From the IMG/VR virus record IMGVR_UViG_3300025122_000006: DNA of 64,000 nucleotides, one strand, 5' to 3'. Numbering within the stretch: position 1 is the first letter of the stretch; every line of letters begins with the position of its first letter. The notes under the pieces were generated by a model that was given only the letters and a program-made list of their open reading frames with translations, was not told where the DNA came from and ran no database searches. This stretch comes from a virus. The position numbers were made by a program, and so were the translations under genes. Shown piece by piece: positions 1 to 10,302 of the stretch.

Positions 1-456
1 AAGATCCGGGCTATCAGAGGTTTGCTCTGGTTGTGTATCTTGCTGTGTTCCTTTACCGTCAGCCCAATCAAACAATTGACCCACAATTATATCTGCTTGA
101 TTTCCTTGGACTTTATCTTGAATTTTCACTGCCCTATCGGCAACACCATCACCATCTGAATCTGCTTGTTGTGCAGCGGCCATATATTCATCAAAAGCAG
201 TTCTAATATCATCTGTGTCTACACCTTGATAAGAATCTCCTTGCAATTCAATTTTATTCATCATGACCTCGGCTTCTGCCAGCTCCTTTTCGTCCAAATT
301 AATTTGTTGTCCTCCGACTATAAACGCTGCCATTGTGAGCAAAGTGGTGCCAAAACCCTCTTCTATCTGATCGTCATATGCTTCGTCTAATTGATCGAAG
401 GACATCGATTCATTAATAAACCGCCGCCAGTTTTCCATTATAAGTTTTTGTTTCAT
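1..456 (-). CDS. Acidic hypothetical protein, probable internal head/virion protein; runs off the window edge and is absent from the ORF track
   Basis: Translated by hand from ATG at 456: MKQKLIMENWRRFINESMSFDQLDEAY..., open to base 1. GAGGGA RBS upstream; contains a DSDGDGVAD Ca-binding-like loop. Confidence 0.8.
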   Translation of the reverse strand, partial: MKQKLIMENWRRFINESMSFDQLDEAYDDQIEEGFGTTLLTMAAFIVGGQQINLDEKELAEAEVMMNKIELQGDSYQGVDTDDIRTAFDEYMAAAQQADSDGDGVADRAVKIQDKVQGNQADIIVGQLFDWADGKGTQQDTQPEQTSDSPDL

Positions 457-485
457 ATTGTATTCCCTCAGATAATAAATAGATA

Positions 486-1835
486 TCAAATATCTAATTT
501 CAATTTAAAAGTATAATCTCTGGCTTCTGTTTTCTTTACTGGATTTGCCAACGATGTGACGGCAATAAGGTTACTGTTTTCATCGTAAATGTTTATTTTA
601 GAAATATAAGTAGTTTTTTCAAACGAAGCTGATGTGTGGGATGCGGTAACCACATTTTTGATAGAAGTTGAGCCTTGTGCAAAAATATTCCCGGATCCTG
701 TTTGAGCGACAAGCTGCTTACTTAAATCGCGATATGTGGGATTGTTGGAGTGATTAATCTGACCCTTGTCGGCATGAGCGAACATTGTCATCGAGGTGAC
801 ATAATTAGTACCTTTAAAATTGAGATCGTAACTGGAGGCCGATAAAGTTGTGTGTTTTATATAATCATTTAATGTTGTTCCATAATACAACCAAGATGAT
901 CGAATTGGTGTAGATTCACCATCGTACATAATACCAATATTATCCGGGGTGCCAACATTAAAATCATAAGAAGCGGTAAGCATTATTATGCCTTCATCAT
1001 ACATTACTAATCCTACCACGGAACCCGTACTCGACCCGGTAACTTCTATTAGTTCTCCATTTTCATTCTTGTCAGAACATTCAGCTATTTTAGAACCAGT
1101 TATGCGAAACTTTAAATTCACAGATCCTTTCTTTATGCTTGATCCATAATACATTTGAGGAATAAAAATAAAATTAATATTTGAAGTTAAAAGGTTTCTA
1201 TTAGGAACGGTTGAGCCATCGTGACTTATATAAACCCCATTTGATTCCATAGAGTCCCTAAAGAAAAGACTGGAAGTCCCTGCTGTTCCGCAGCCTTCAA
1301 AAATAAAATGTGGAGAAAGCACAGAATATTTTCTGGCGATATTTTGTAGCGCAGAAGCGGTTGGGTTAACACTCAAAACTATAGTTGCATTTATATTCGA
1401 CCCAGAGGGAATGTCAAATGCGGTCACCACCTCAGTGTCTACCTTTGAAGTTAAGCGCCTTGTGATTGGTACAGAATAACTATATGAAGACGTTACAGAT
1501 TGAACCTGACCCAGGCCAAACAGTTTGGATGTATAATAGCCATCTAAATTTGTATTAGCAGACGCCAATGCAAGATTTTGTGAAAACGAATTAACAATCG
1601 GATTTGAAAGATTTTTTCTAAAATCTTGGCTAAAACCATGAGAAGCTGAAATTGTTGGCGTTGCTGCTAAAGTATTTCTATTTATATCATAAACAATGAG
1701 TCCACCGTTAGAACCCGATGTAATTTTCTCTTTATTTGTATACTGCCTTGATTGGTAAATAAAGATATTGTATTCTGGGTAAGTTTTTAAACGGTTTACA
1801 AATAAATCATCCTCGGCAAACTCAAATTTGTGCAT
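486..1835 (-). CDS. Virion structural protein (baseplate/tail-fibre attachment; C-terminal tail-collar DUF3751-like motif)
   Basis: 449 aa. C-terminus YISKINIYDENSNLIAVTSLANPVKK resembles the EIGLYD..G.LIAVA..P..K motif; paralogous to the adjacent 393-aa gene; structural context. Confidence 0.6.
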   Translation of the reverse strand: MHKFEFAEDDLFVNRLKTYPEYNIFIYQSRQYTNKEKITSGSNGGLIVYDINRNTLAATPTISASHGFSQDFRKNLSNPIVNSFSQNLALASANTNLDGYYTSKLFGLGQVQSVTSSYSYSVPITRRLTSKVDTEVVTAFDIPSGSNINATIVLSVNPTASALQNIARKYSVLSPHFIFEGCGTAGTSSLFFRDSMESNGVYISHDGSTVPNRNLLTSNINFIFIPQMYYGSSIKKGSVNLKFRITGSKIAECSDKNENGELIEVTGSSTGSVVGLVMYDEGIIMLTASYDFNVGTPDNIGIMYDGESTPIRSSWLYYGTTLNDYIKHTTLSASSYDLNFKGTNYVTSMTMFAHADKGQINHSNNPTYRDLSKQLVAQTGSGNIFAQGSTSIKNVVTASHTSASFEKTTYISKINIYDENSNLIAVTSLANPVKKTEARDYTFKLKLDI

Positions 1836-3016
1836 TAGTAATCTAATCTTGTCCTGAAAGTTAGTTCTATTGATGGATCCTTGCGAATGGGCTCCGACAT
1901 TTTCCCAACTGCTAGCAGTTGATTATCAGCTGAATAAAGGCCAACTGAAGTTATATAAGAAACTGCTTGATCGTTTACACCCTTAACAATTCTAAGATTG
2001 GATCCGCTAAGATATGTTGGGTTTGATGAATAGTTAAATTCGTTATGATTTAAGCGGCAAAAATGAATTGTAGAATTAAGCTCCACGGTGTTATTAAACT
2101 CTATCAGATCTATTCTGCGCCGGAAAGCATTGGCCGAACCGCTAATTTCTTCGGATATTAACGAACCAGTGAATCCAGTGGTTTGATTAAAAAATTGTAG
2201 CGTACCAGAAGAGGTCAGCGATGCCTGTCCTCCACGGATTGCTGAGGCTCGGAGGAGGCCTTCACCGGTTCCACCTGATTCGTCATAAGCTTGGAGCAAA
2301 GAACCAGTTAAAACAACAACGCCGGCTTGATAATATATAAGTCCGCAGCGCCAATATGTAAAGCCACCGATTGTTTTGGTGTTAGTATTGCTTGTGTGAA
2401 TATTTCCACCTTCGGGTCTTGTCGAACCAGCAGCAAAGTCAAAGTCTTTAGAACTAGTAGCATATAATATTCCATATTCTCCCGCTGGACTATTAATACG
2501 ATAATTGGTTAAAGCATCCGCATCAGAAATAGTTACATGATTTCCAAAAGGTTCGTTAAAAGAAGCACTAACTCCTATTCTCATAGAAAAAGTTTGTTTT
2601 TTAATTTCATCTTTCACAAGTAATCTCGAGAATGGAAGGAAAATACATGTATCCATTTTGGCTCCACCCGTAAGATCGCCATCCTCGTCAAAATTTTGGA
2701 TATTTCCATCTTTATCAAAACCTACTAATACTTGAGCCATTTGATTATAAATATTATCTTTTTTGGTTGTTTGTGATGTTACTGCTAAAGGAGATGTAGT
2801 GGATGTTCCAAAAGCAATATCAAAAATATGATTTGCGCTAGAAGACAAATAAGGGTAATCATATACCGACTGAAACATTCCATGAGCATAATCTTTTATG
2901 TTAGCATCTGCATACGATCCACTAACAATAGAGCCTGTAATTGGAATAGCCTCGTGTAAAAGTGTTTTAGTTGAAACTACATCTTGTGAACCTAGTGGTT
3001 TATAAATACTCGCCAT
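1835..3016 (-). CDS. Virion structural protein, paralog of 486..1835
   Basis: 393 aa. Shares the N.S.NPTY and ITSVGLYSADNQLLAVGKMSEPIRK C-terminal block with 486..1835. Confidence 0.6.
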   Translation of the reverse strand: MASIYKPLGSQDVVSTKTLLHEAIPITGSIVSGSYADANIKDYAHGMFQSVYDYPYLSSSANHIFDIAFGTSTTSPLAVTSQTTKKDNIYNQMAQVLVGFDKDGNIQNFDEDGDLTGGAKMDTCIFLPFSRLLVKDEIKKQTFSMRIGVSASFNEPFGNHVTISDADALTNYRINSPAGEYGILYATSSKDFDFAAGSTRPEGGNIHTSNTNTKTIGGFTYWRCGLIYYQAGVVVLTGSLLQAYDESGGTGEGLLRASAIRGGQASLTSSGTLQFFNQTTGFTGSLISEEISGSANAFRRRIDLIEFNNTVELNSTIHFCRLNHNEFNYSSNPTYLSGSNLRIVKGVNDQAVSYITSVGLYSADNQLLAVGKMSEPIRKDPSIELTFRTRLDY

Positions 3017-3028
3017 TTTTTTTTCCTA

Positions 3029-3967
3029 TTATAATTTTGCAAATCTTACTGGTATATCGATTGCATATCCAGTTGTCAGACCGCTGACCCTTACAATTGT
3101 ATCAATTGTAGGTATTGCCGGGGAAGCCCCTGCATTATTTTCGACTGCTGTCGTGGTGCCAATTGTGTCAAATAAATAACTACTATTCCTCAATCCCATC
3201 GAGGAAAATATTTTAAATTCTAGTGTGGACGCAAGAGGTCCATTAATCGGCGATGAAGTTGCCGTTAACTGTTTTTGAGAAGGAGTAAAAACAAATTTCG
3301 GATCACTATTCTTAGAAATAATATACGTTGCAATATTGTCATCATCAATGGCAGTTGGGCTTAAAAATGTTTTTCCATCTTTATCAACAACTCCGCCTAA
3401 ACGATTATCGATTTCAATTTGAAATTGCGTTTCAACAAGAGAAGGATCAATCGTCGAAACGTCAGTTGAATGAATACCAGCATCAATTTTGATATAACCA
3501 CCGCCGATATCAGGATTTTGCCCGAATAAAACCCCCACAATAACATTATTATCTGAATCAAACCCAATACTGGTGGTTAGTCCAAGATGAGAATTGTCCT
3601 CTGTGTTGTCATCTGTCGCAATAACAAAATTTCCAATAGAGCCGTAAGTTTTGACGCTATTGTTAGCGACTGTATTTAATTTTAATATTGGTAAATATTG
3701 AAGGTTTTGTTGAGTCAAGGTCATCAATTTCGACTTCATAGAAGACATATTGTTCGTAAATGCCTCAAGAATCGGAGTTTGTAAAATACTTAAATCTTTT
3801 TGTGCTGTTGAGGCATTATAATCATATAGACTATAATTTATTTCATCATCGCCTAAAGCAAATTTAACGACTCGAAAAGACCCATCTCCTCTTGCTAGTC
3901 TTCTTCTTCCTTCATCTGTTAAAACAACATCAAGAATAATGTCGCCGCTATTGTCTTGAAATGCCAT
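3029..3967 (-). CDS. Virion structural protein (N-terminus like the tail-collar/DUF3751 N-terminal motif)
   Basis: 312 aa. VLTDEGRRRLARG..FRVVKFALGDDE; AGGAG RBS. Confidence 0.6.
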   Translation of the reverse strand: MAFQDNSGDIILDVVLTDEGRRRLARGDGSFRVVKFALGDDEINYSLYDYNASTAQKDLSILQTPILEAFTNNMSSMKSKLMTLTQQNLQYLPILKLNTVANNSVKTYGSIGNFVIATDDNTEDNSHLGLTTSIGFDSDNNVIVGVLFGQNPDIGGGYIKIDAGIHSTDVSTIDPSLVETQFQIEIDNRLGGVVDKDGKTFLSPTAIDDDNIATYIISKNSDPKFVFTPSQKQLTATSSPINGPLASTLEFKIFSSMGLRNSSYLFDTIGTTTAVENNAGASPAIPTIDTIVRVSGLTTGYAIDIPVRFAKL

Positions 3968-3990
3968 TGCATATCTCCTTTCTTATCTAA

Positions 3991-4016
3991 ATAGCAAAAT
4001 AAAAAGATTTTGCTAT
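3991..4016. promoter_or_regulatory. Perfect 10-bp inverted repeat (ATAGCAAAAT-6nt-ATTTTGCTAT), possible hairpin or terminator overlapping a putative late promoter
   Basis: Arms at 3991-4000 and 4007-4016; overlaps the stop codon of 4013..6241 and the CTATTTA motif at 3988-3994. Confidence 0.4.
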
Positions 4017-6241
4017 GTTTCATCTGCCAATCTGAAAGTCACATTAATATCCATTTTCTTTCCAGTATGTTTTGATGTTATCCTAAATTTAAATGTTTTA
4101 AAAGCATCGGGCCCTAAAAATAATTTATTTGATAAAATTCCGATTGCGTTATCAGACTCATTAAAAATTAATTGTTCAAAGTTGGGATAAATTTTCATAA
4201 TTCTTTTGGCCATCTTAATATGTGTATTATAATTTTTTTCCTCAAACTTAAATTCATGAATAGAAAGTTTGGTTTCATCAGAATCCTCAAGCAATTCTAC
4301 TTCATAAATCACTGTAGGGTTTGAAGGAGTATTATGATAACTCATAGATCTAAATAAATAGTAATACTTCTGATTGGGAACAATTTGATCTTCAAAAAAA
4401 GCATCAAAATTTTCTGTTGAAAATGCAAAATTTTTATGTCCAGGTGCGATATTATGCCAAAACCAATTATTTTTTTGATCGACAGTTGTCAAATAATTTC
4501 CTCTAAAATCTGATATAAATTTAGGCTTTGAATCCATTCTATAAATTTCAAAAGCACCTATAGCATATTTATTTACAAAAGTAGTTCCATAAACAGAATC
4601 AGATGAAACTAACAAATTATTACTGATCTCATCATCAGAATCTAAAATTCCCGTAAACTCAATATGTTTATCGTACATTTCGTTTAAATTTGCTTGAAGA
4701 TAAATTTTCAGGGAATTTCTTTTTCCCCTTTCATTATAAAAAATAACTTCTGGTGTAGGAGGGGGTTCATCAAAGAACATCTTTTCAAAATTTTGTAAAG
4801 GAATCTCAATAATTTGAAGCGATGGTTTAATGGTGACCTTGAGTTGTGCTTTATATTTATCTAAAGTTGTGGAAATCTGATCCTCCAGCACTTCGTTAGT
4901 CGAAGATTCCATTTCACCAGATTCATTTGAAACAAACAGATCTGAATAAGAATAAAGAGATCCCAAAACTATTTTTAAACAAATCGCCTTATAAATATAT
5001 TTTCTTCCAAATTTCAATTGTGTGTCTAAAAAATTTGTTAAAGAAGTGGTGTAATAAGTTTGAATGGGCAGGGTTGCATCGTTATCTAAATATTTTTCTA
5101 TTTTGTATCCTAAAACATATTCTCTACAATCCGCATGTCTTTCCCCGATATCAGCTACATCATTTTGAGTGTTGTTCCTTATGCCATTTATGGTTTCTTC
5201 ATAATCCCTCAAATTATTGAAAATTTGTGTTTGAAGTTTTTCCAACATTCTAATTTTTCTTATTTGATTAATAAATCTATTTGAAATTGAATTTGGATTA
5301 ATATCTTCCTCTTCTAATAAAAAAGTTTCATCTCTTTCTTCTAAAAAATTTGCCGCGTCATAATTTAAAATTAAGTTTATCATATTATGCGCCCTAACAT
5401 TTACTTGATCCGAGTTTGCATAAAATCTTGAATTTTGAAAAGCAACATTTCTTTTTATACCTTGAAATAAATATTTAAGCTGTCTTGTTTCATTTAAAAA
5501 ATCTAAAGTTGGCATTGGGAGTATACTGTTATAATTAATTTGTAAAACATATGGTAACACTTCTCCCAAACTCTCAACTCCGAGGTGCCTCCCTTGTTCT
5601 ATAAGAAAAATATTTCTTTGTTTAACATTTAGTTGCGACAGAGACCCCGTATAGTTTTCTATTCTTGCTGTATATTCATTATATAATCTCTTAAAATCGT
5701 TACTTGAGTTTGGAATTTTTCCATCCGTATCGGTACTATCAAATTTTGTTAATATTCCGGATGAATTTCGTATAAACCGACCCGCTTCTGCATTATTTTT
5801 ATAATTCATCAAATTAATGTTTAATAAAAGATTTGAATCATAAATTTTTGTCGCGTCTTCATATTCAGGATTATGAATATTTTTATTTAAGATTTTTTCT
5901 AAATTATAATTGTTATTAATGATAAAGTAATGATCAAAAAAATTTCTATTAGTATTTATTTTTTTATTAATAAATTCTCTCCATTGTATATGATCTCTAA
6001 ATTCTGAATCGCGCCCAACTATAGAAATTGTTTGAGTTTTCTCCGGAAACAATACCACATCATTTATTATAGGTGACGTAATTATAGTTTTATTATCATC
6101 GAGCTTATTTGATTTAAACTTGTCGGTGCTGCTTAAATTGCCATCTTCGTTTATTTCCCAATATTTACCGAGCTCTGCTCTAAGGCTATCTGGAGCCGAA
6201 AGGTTTATTACATTATGTGGATCAACGTATTTAATAGCCAC
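4013..6241 (-). CDS. Hypothetical virion protein with possible FN3-like segments
   Basis: 742 aa. Two D..L/I....Y.Y strands (FLDTQLKFGRKYIYKA; FEDQIVPNQKYYYLFRS). Confidence 0.55.
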   Translation of the reverse strand: MAIKYVDPHNVINLSAPDSLRAELGKYWEINEDGNLSSTDKFKSNKLDDNKTIITSPIINDVVLFPEKTQTISIVGRDSEFRDHIQWREFINKKINTNRNFFDHYFIINNNYNLEKILNKNIHNPEYEDATKIYDSNLLLNINLMNYKNNAEAGRFIRNSSGILTKFDSTDTDGKIPNSSNDFKRLYNEYTARIENYTGSLSQLNVKQRNIFLIEQGRHLGVESLGEVLPYVLQINYNSILPMPTLDFLNETRQLKYLFQGIKRNVAFQNSRFYANSDQVNVRAHNMINLILNYDAANFLEERDETFLLEEEDINPNSISNRFINQIRKIRMLEKLQTQIFNNLRDYEETINGIRNNTQNDVADIGERHADCREYVLGYKIEKYLDNDATLPIQTYYTTSLTNFLDTQLKFGRKYIYKAICLKIVLGSLYSYSDLFVSNESGEMESSTNEVLEDQISTTLDKYKAQLKVTIKPSLQIIEIPLQNFEKMFFDEPPPTPEVIFYNERGKRNSLKIYLQANLNEMYDKHIEFTGILDSDDEISNNLLVSSDSVYGTTFVNKYAIGAFEIYRMDSKPKFISDFRGNYLTTVDQKNNWFWHNIAPGHKNFAFSTENFDAFFEDQIVPNQKYYYLFRSMSYHNTPSNPTVIYEVELLEDSDETKLSIHEFKFEEKNYNTHIKMAKRIMKIYPNFEQLIFNESDNAIGILSNKLFLGPDAFKTFKFRITSKHTGKKMDINVTFRLADET

Positions 6242-8582
6242 TTGTTCCGCCTCCTCTTGGACTGCTATATGAAGAAGGAGCAGCGCCGGGCTGTCTGCCT
6301 CCCGGAGTTGTTGTTGTAGGTGGTGAGATCGGTTGGACGAAATTTTTCAATATTTCCAAAATCCCTCCCTTGTTTGGATCTTGAACTATCACGTTTGATG
6401 TTGAGTAGGGAGAAAATTGCATTTCTAAACTCAATAATACCGATGGAATATTATAGCCTGGGTCTACTAGCCCGAATGACAAAGCCGGCACAGAGGGTCG
6501 GACTGGTTCGACAACAAGTGTGTTAGAAGATGGTAATACCAAAGTCATGTTTGCTCTCACCGGTGTTGAATACTGTTCTTCATAAAGACCAATGGAGGGA
6601 TCAGACCATTTTTCAATTTTTATTAATTTTGGCATATCGGAACTTAAATCAGCAGTATTCAATATTTTATAAATGGGCGTAGACATAATATATTTATCTT
6701 GTTCATTTTTAAGAAACCCTTGAAAGACACTTAAAGTATGTACATTCTGTTGTGTTTCTTTTAAAACAGCGCTAGACTCACTATTTTTTAAAGGATCGAG
6801 ACCATCTTTAATTTTTATACCACCGGATCCTGCCAGGCTACTGATTTGTGAAGGAATTGGTTTGCTAGAACGTTGATTTTTAGAGGCTTTGAAAGCTTTT
6901 GAAAAAGGAGCAGTTTGATTAATATCTTTAAGGGTAGTCACCTGTTCCGGATGATCCAAAAACTTTTTAGGAAGCGCATCAGAAAGAATCTTAAAATTTC
7001 TTGCTTCTTCTCTATTTATTTGTTCTTTATCTATTTTTTCTATAAATGGTAAAACATCACCTATAAAATAACTGTCATCTGGAAGGTATTCTTTTGTTTC
7101 CATAAAATCTGTATCTTCTCCTTCTCTTGTCGATTCTAAGTTAGATTTCACACATTTACCAATTGATAGGTTAAAACTATTTTGTGAAACTGTACCTGCT
7201 CTAGTTGTTGGAAAGCTCGATTTATATTTATTATTAAATTTAGATTCCTGGGCTTTGACTGTTTTGATTAAACGAATTTGTTTCATTGTAGTCGGGTTAA
7301 TGGCCGATAATCCTAAAGATAAATCCACAGTGCTTTTCTGATAATTAATGCCTATAGGTGTCATATGCGGACTAAACGCCGCTGGGGTGACAGTTCTTTG
7401 GGACTCATTTGTGCTTCTCTTAAGAAGGCCACTTTGATTAAAAATCATAAGATCATCAACTTTAGAATTTGTAATAATATTATAGCTCAATTCATTATTA
7501 ACTCGCAATCTGTATGTCTCATTTGTTCTAAAAGTTGTAGATTTTTTATCATTTACTATGTTAGATATTTTTATATCATTAACAGAGAAATTCATTTCAC
7601 TAATTCTATATTTCTCCATTAACCTGGAATGAAGGGCTGTAAGTTCAATTAATATATTTTCCATTAATTCCGGAGTTGTTATTGGCACTGGTAAAAGTGT
7701 AAAATACATAGATTTGACAATGTCGTCTTTTGAGTACTCTTCACCCAAAAGTTCTTTAGCTGTTATATAATCTTTAATAAGTGATCCAAATCTGGTTCTT
7801 GATAATATAGCCATGTCATTAACAGTTAAAGAAAATTTAGCTGGATTCACCTCTATCTGAAGTCTATTGAAGAAATCTTTTACAAATGAATCATGAAATC
7901 TGTTCTCCTGATAATTATAAAATTGAGCATTTTTAATAAAAGTAACGTGATTTGAGGCAAATAAAATTGCTTTTTGTAAAGAATTCGTTGCTTTTTTAAC
8001 ATAATTCTCGTGTTTTGTGTCTACGAATAATTCTATTTCATAATCCACCGATATTGCATTATTTTTTACGGGAGTGTAGTCGCTTATAAATAAAGTTTTG
8101 ATATTTGGTACCAAAGTAGCCTCCCTGACGAACGAGACCCTTTGTGCTCCTTTTATGTCTTCTATTGTAATCTCTTTGGATGATAATATTTTTAAATAAC
8201 TTCTGTCTTCTATTTTTGATATATCTACATCGTAAAGCCTTTGTTCTCCAAAATCATATCTTTGTATATCTTTCACCCTATTATCGTTTCCAAAACTAAA
8301 AGATAAAATTATGCTGTCGAGAGATTTATAAGGCCGCAAAGTCTTGACTCCCACGCTATTAACTTCATAAGTTTCTTCTATAACTTCTTTTAAAATTACT
8401 TTTCCTTGATTATATATAATATCGTCGCTTAATGCATTAAACAATTGAGGATTAACTTCGAACATAATAGATGCGATGTTGGAAATACTTTTTGCTAATT
8501 CCTTTTCATCTATATGAAGAGCCATCGTTACAAAATTTTCCGATTCTGATTCTACTTTTAAATTATAATAACTTGAAGACAT
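6231..8582 (-). CDS. Hypothetical virion protein
   Basis: 783-aa ORF in the structural operon; Pro/Gly/Ser-rich C-terminal tail. Confidence 0.6.
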   Translation of the reverse strand: MSSSYYNLKVESESENFVTMALHIDEKELAKSISNIASIMFEVNPQLFNALSDDIIYNQGKVILKEVIEETYEVNSVGVKTLRPYKSLDSIILSFSFGNDNRVKDIQRYDFGEQRLYDVDISKIEDRSYLKILSSKEITIEDIKGAQRVSFVREATLVPNIKTLFISDYTPVKNNAISVDYEIELFVDTKHENYVKKATNSLQKAILFASNHVTFIKNAQFYNYQENRFHDSFVKDFFNRLQIEVNPAKFSLTVNDMAILSRTRFGSLIKDYITAKELLGEEYSKDDIVKSMYFTLLPVPITTPELMENILIELTALHSRLMEKYRISEMNFSVNDIKISNIVNDKKSTTFRTNETYRLRVNNELSYNIITNSKVDDLMIFNQSGLLKRSTNESQRTVTPAAFSPHMTPIGINYQKSTVDLSLGLSAINPTTMKQIRLIKTVKAQESKFNNKYKSSFPTTRAGTVSQNSFNLSIGKCVKSNLESTREGEDTDFMETKEYLPDDSYFIGDVLPFIEKIDKEQINREEARNFKILSDALPKKFLDHPEQVTTLKDINQTAPFSKAFKASKNQRSSKPIPSQISSLAGSGGIKIKDGLDPLKNSESSAVLKETQQNVHTLSVFQGFLKNEQDKYIMSTPIYKILNTADLSSDMPKLIKIEKWSDPSIGLYEEQYSTPVRANMTLVLPSSNTLVVEPVRPSVPALSFGLVDPGYNIPSVLLSLEMQFSPYSTSNVIVQDPNKGGILEILKNFVQPISPPTTTTPGGRQPGAAPSSYSSPRGGGTSGY

Positions 8583-8593
8583 GCCTACTATTC

Positions 8594-9274
8594 CTAAAAT
8601 TCTAGTTCTATTTTTGTATTTTCAATTTGAACAAACCTAAGAAGCTCATGCGGATCACCTGTGTGTTTGGAGCCCTGCATGTGTCCTTGTGTGGGGTTAA
8701 GGTGTACAGGACCCCCATATTCTTGGTTTGTTTTTGGGAAATAAAAATATCCTGAAGTTTTTTTTGTTTCACCGTTGCGAAAAACCACCTCGGATGTCAT
8801 TGGGCCATAAAATTTGTTAAACAATGGGTTGGAGAAAGTGAAATCATCTAAAAAAGCAGCAGCATAAATCGTCAAATTATTAACCCCATCTCCTTGATGG
8901 TCTGCCGGTACAGCAAAGAAAACCTGAGAAACAAATTTGTCAACCTCTTCGTTTGGCTGGAGCGTTTGAGCGGGGGGCAAAATCTTTACATTTGCCCCCT
9001 CAGTATCGGCCTTGAAATGAACTAAGCTAGACCTACCACCATTGAGTTCATCGGTTAAGGTACTATAAAGATCGTTTCTAAAATCATGAACCAGAAGAAA
9101 TTTTACTTTTAAATTGGATAATTCAATTCTATCTTTCCAACTTCTTTCTTTGTGATCAAACATAGACCAATATATTTGAATTCTATAATTAAAACCACTA
9201 TCCGTCAATCCTATTCTAATTTTATCAATATAAACATTTGGTAAATTTTCTGTTCCAACACTAAAAATAGACAT
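8594..9274 (-). CDS. Hypothetical protein (structural module)
   Basis: 226 aa, translationally coupled to the upstream gene. Confidence 0.6.
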   Translation of the reverse strand: MSIFSVGTENLPNVYIDKIRIGLTDSGFNYRIQIYWSMFDHKERSWKDRIELSNLKVKFLLVHDFRNDLYSTLTDELNGGRSSLVHFKADTEGANVKILPPAQTLQPNEEVDKFVSQVFFAVPADHQGDGVNNLTIYAAAFLDDFTFSNPLFNKFYGPMTSEVVFRNGETKKTSGYFYFPKTNQEYGGPVHLNPTQGHMQGSKHTGDPHELLRFVQIENTKIELEF

Positions 9275-10302
9275 TAATCACAATCCTCCAAGTCTCCAGG
9301 TCTTACTCTACTAGAATAAATATCAAACCGTTCAGTTCTTTCCTCGGGACAAATAAGTTCTTCATCTAAAAATTGATTATTAATTTCTAATTTATTAATA
9401 ACTTCACAAAGTTCCTCGGCGGGGATTTCATCATCGACTTGTATATTGAAATAATATTCAACTTGATCTTGAGGCAATTCTACTCCCTCTTGGTCGGCAA
9501 TTAGTCCTGGAAAAAGATCATTGTAATCTCCTTCAAGAACCAACAAATCATTAACTATCGCTTGCTGTTGCTTAACGAATTTTAAAGGAAACAATATTTC
9601 TTTACTTTCGCCATTATTATAACTACCGGACTTAACCATAAAAACTTCAATTTCAAAATTTTCTTTTTCGTAAAAAGAGTTAAATTCTTTTAAATGAATA
9701 ATTGGGGTTTCGAATTCCAATTTATTGTATGTGCCGTCTTTTGCAACTGTAGAAGTAAAAGCATACTTTTCAGAAGGATTAACTAATTGGCTTTCTGTCG
9801 TTTTTGATACCAAAAATTCATATTCTATTTGTGGAATTTGTAAAGAATCTAGCACTTGCCCTTTACTGGATGAAAGAAAATTTACGCTGCTACTTATTTC
9901 ACCCTGTAACATTGTAACCTGAAAAGCCGGAGTTTTATCCGAGGAATAAGATGATCTGCCTAATGCATAAATTCCTTTTTGATTTGGAGATATTTCTTGT
10001 AATTCGCCTCTAATTTCATTAATATTTAAATTTACCGAGCCAGTTTGTCCGTAATCAAATTCAGAATCTGTCTGTATACCTCTTTTCAAATATAATGTTT
10101 TAAGTTTCGGTGTTTGATTCATAATTCTATCATGAGAATCTTCTTGTGCTTCAACCGAATTGCTTGAAGAAATGTCATAAATAATATCATCATCAACAAA
10201 TTCATAAAACTTTGGTTTAAATTTTCCAATAGATAGGAGATAACGACCATATGGTGTCAGCTTTATGTCCATTACATCTGTTTTTTTATTGAAAAAAGTC
10301 AT
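9274..10302 (-). CDS. Virion structural protein, N-terminal paralog of 3029..3967
   Basis: 342 aa. DIKLTPYGRYLLSIG...FVDDDIIYD aligns with DVVLTDEGRRRLARG...LGDDEINY. Confidence 0.6.
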   Translation of the reverse strand: MTFFNKKTDVMDIKLTPYGRYLLSIGKFKPKFYEFVDDDIIYDISSSNSVEAQEDSHDRIMNQTPKLKTLYLKRGIQTDSEFDYGQTGSVNLNINEIRGELQEISPNQKGIYALGRSSYSSDKTPAFQVTMLQGEISSSVNFLSSSKGQVLDSLQIPQIEYEFLVSKTTESQLVNPSEKYAFTSTVAKDGTYNKLEFETPIIHLKEFNSFYEKENFEIEVFMVKSGSYNNGESKEILFPLKFVKQQQAIVNDLLVLEGDYNDLFPGLIADQEGVELPQDQVEYYFNIQVDDEIPAEELCEVINKLEINNQFLDEELICPEERTERFDIYSSRVRPGDLEDCD

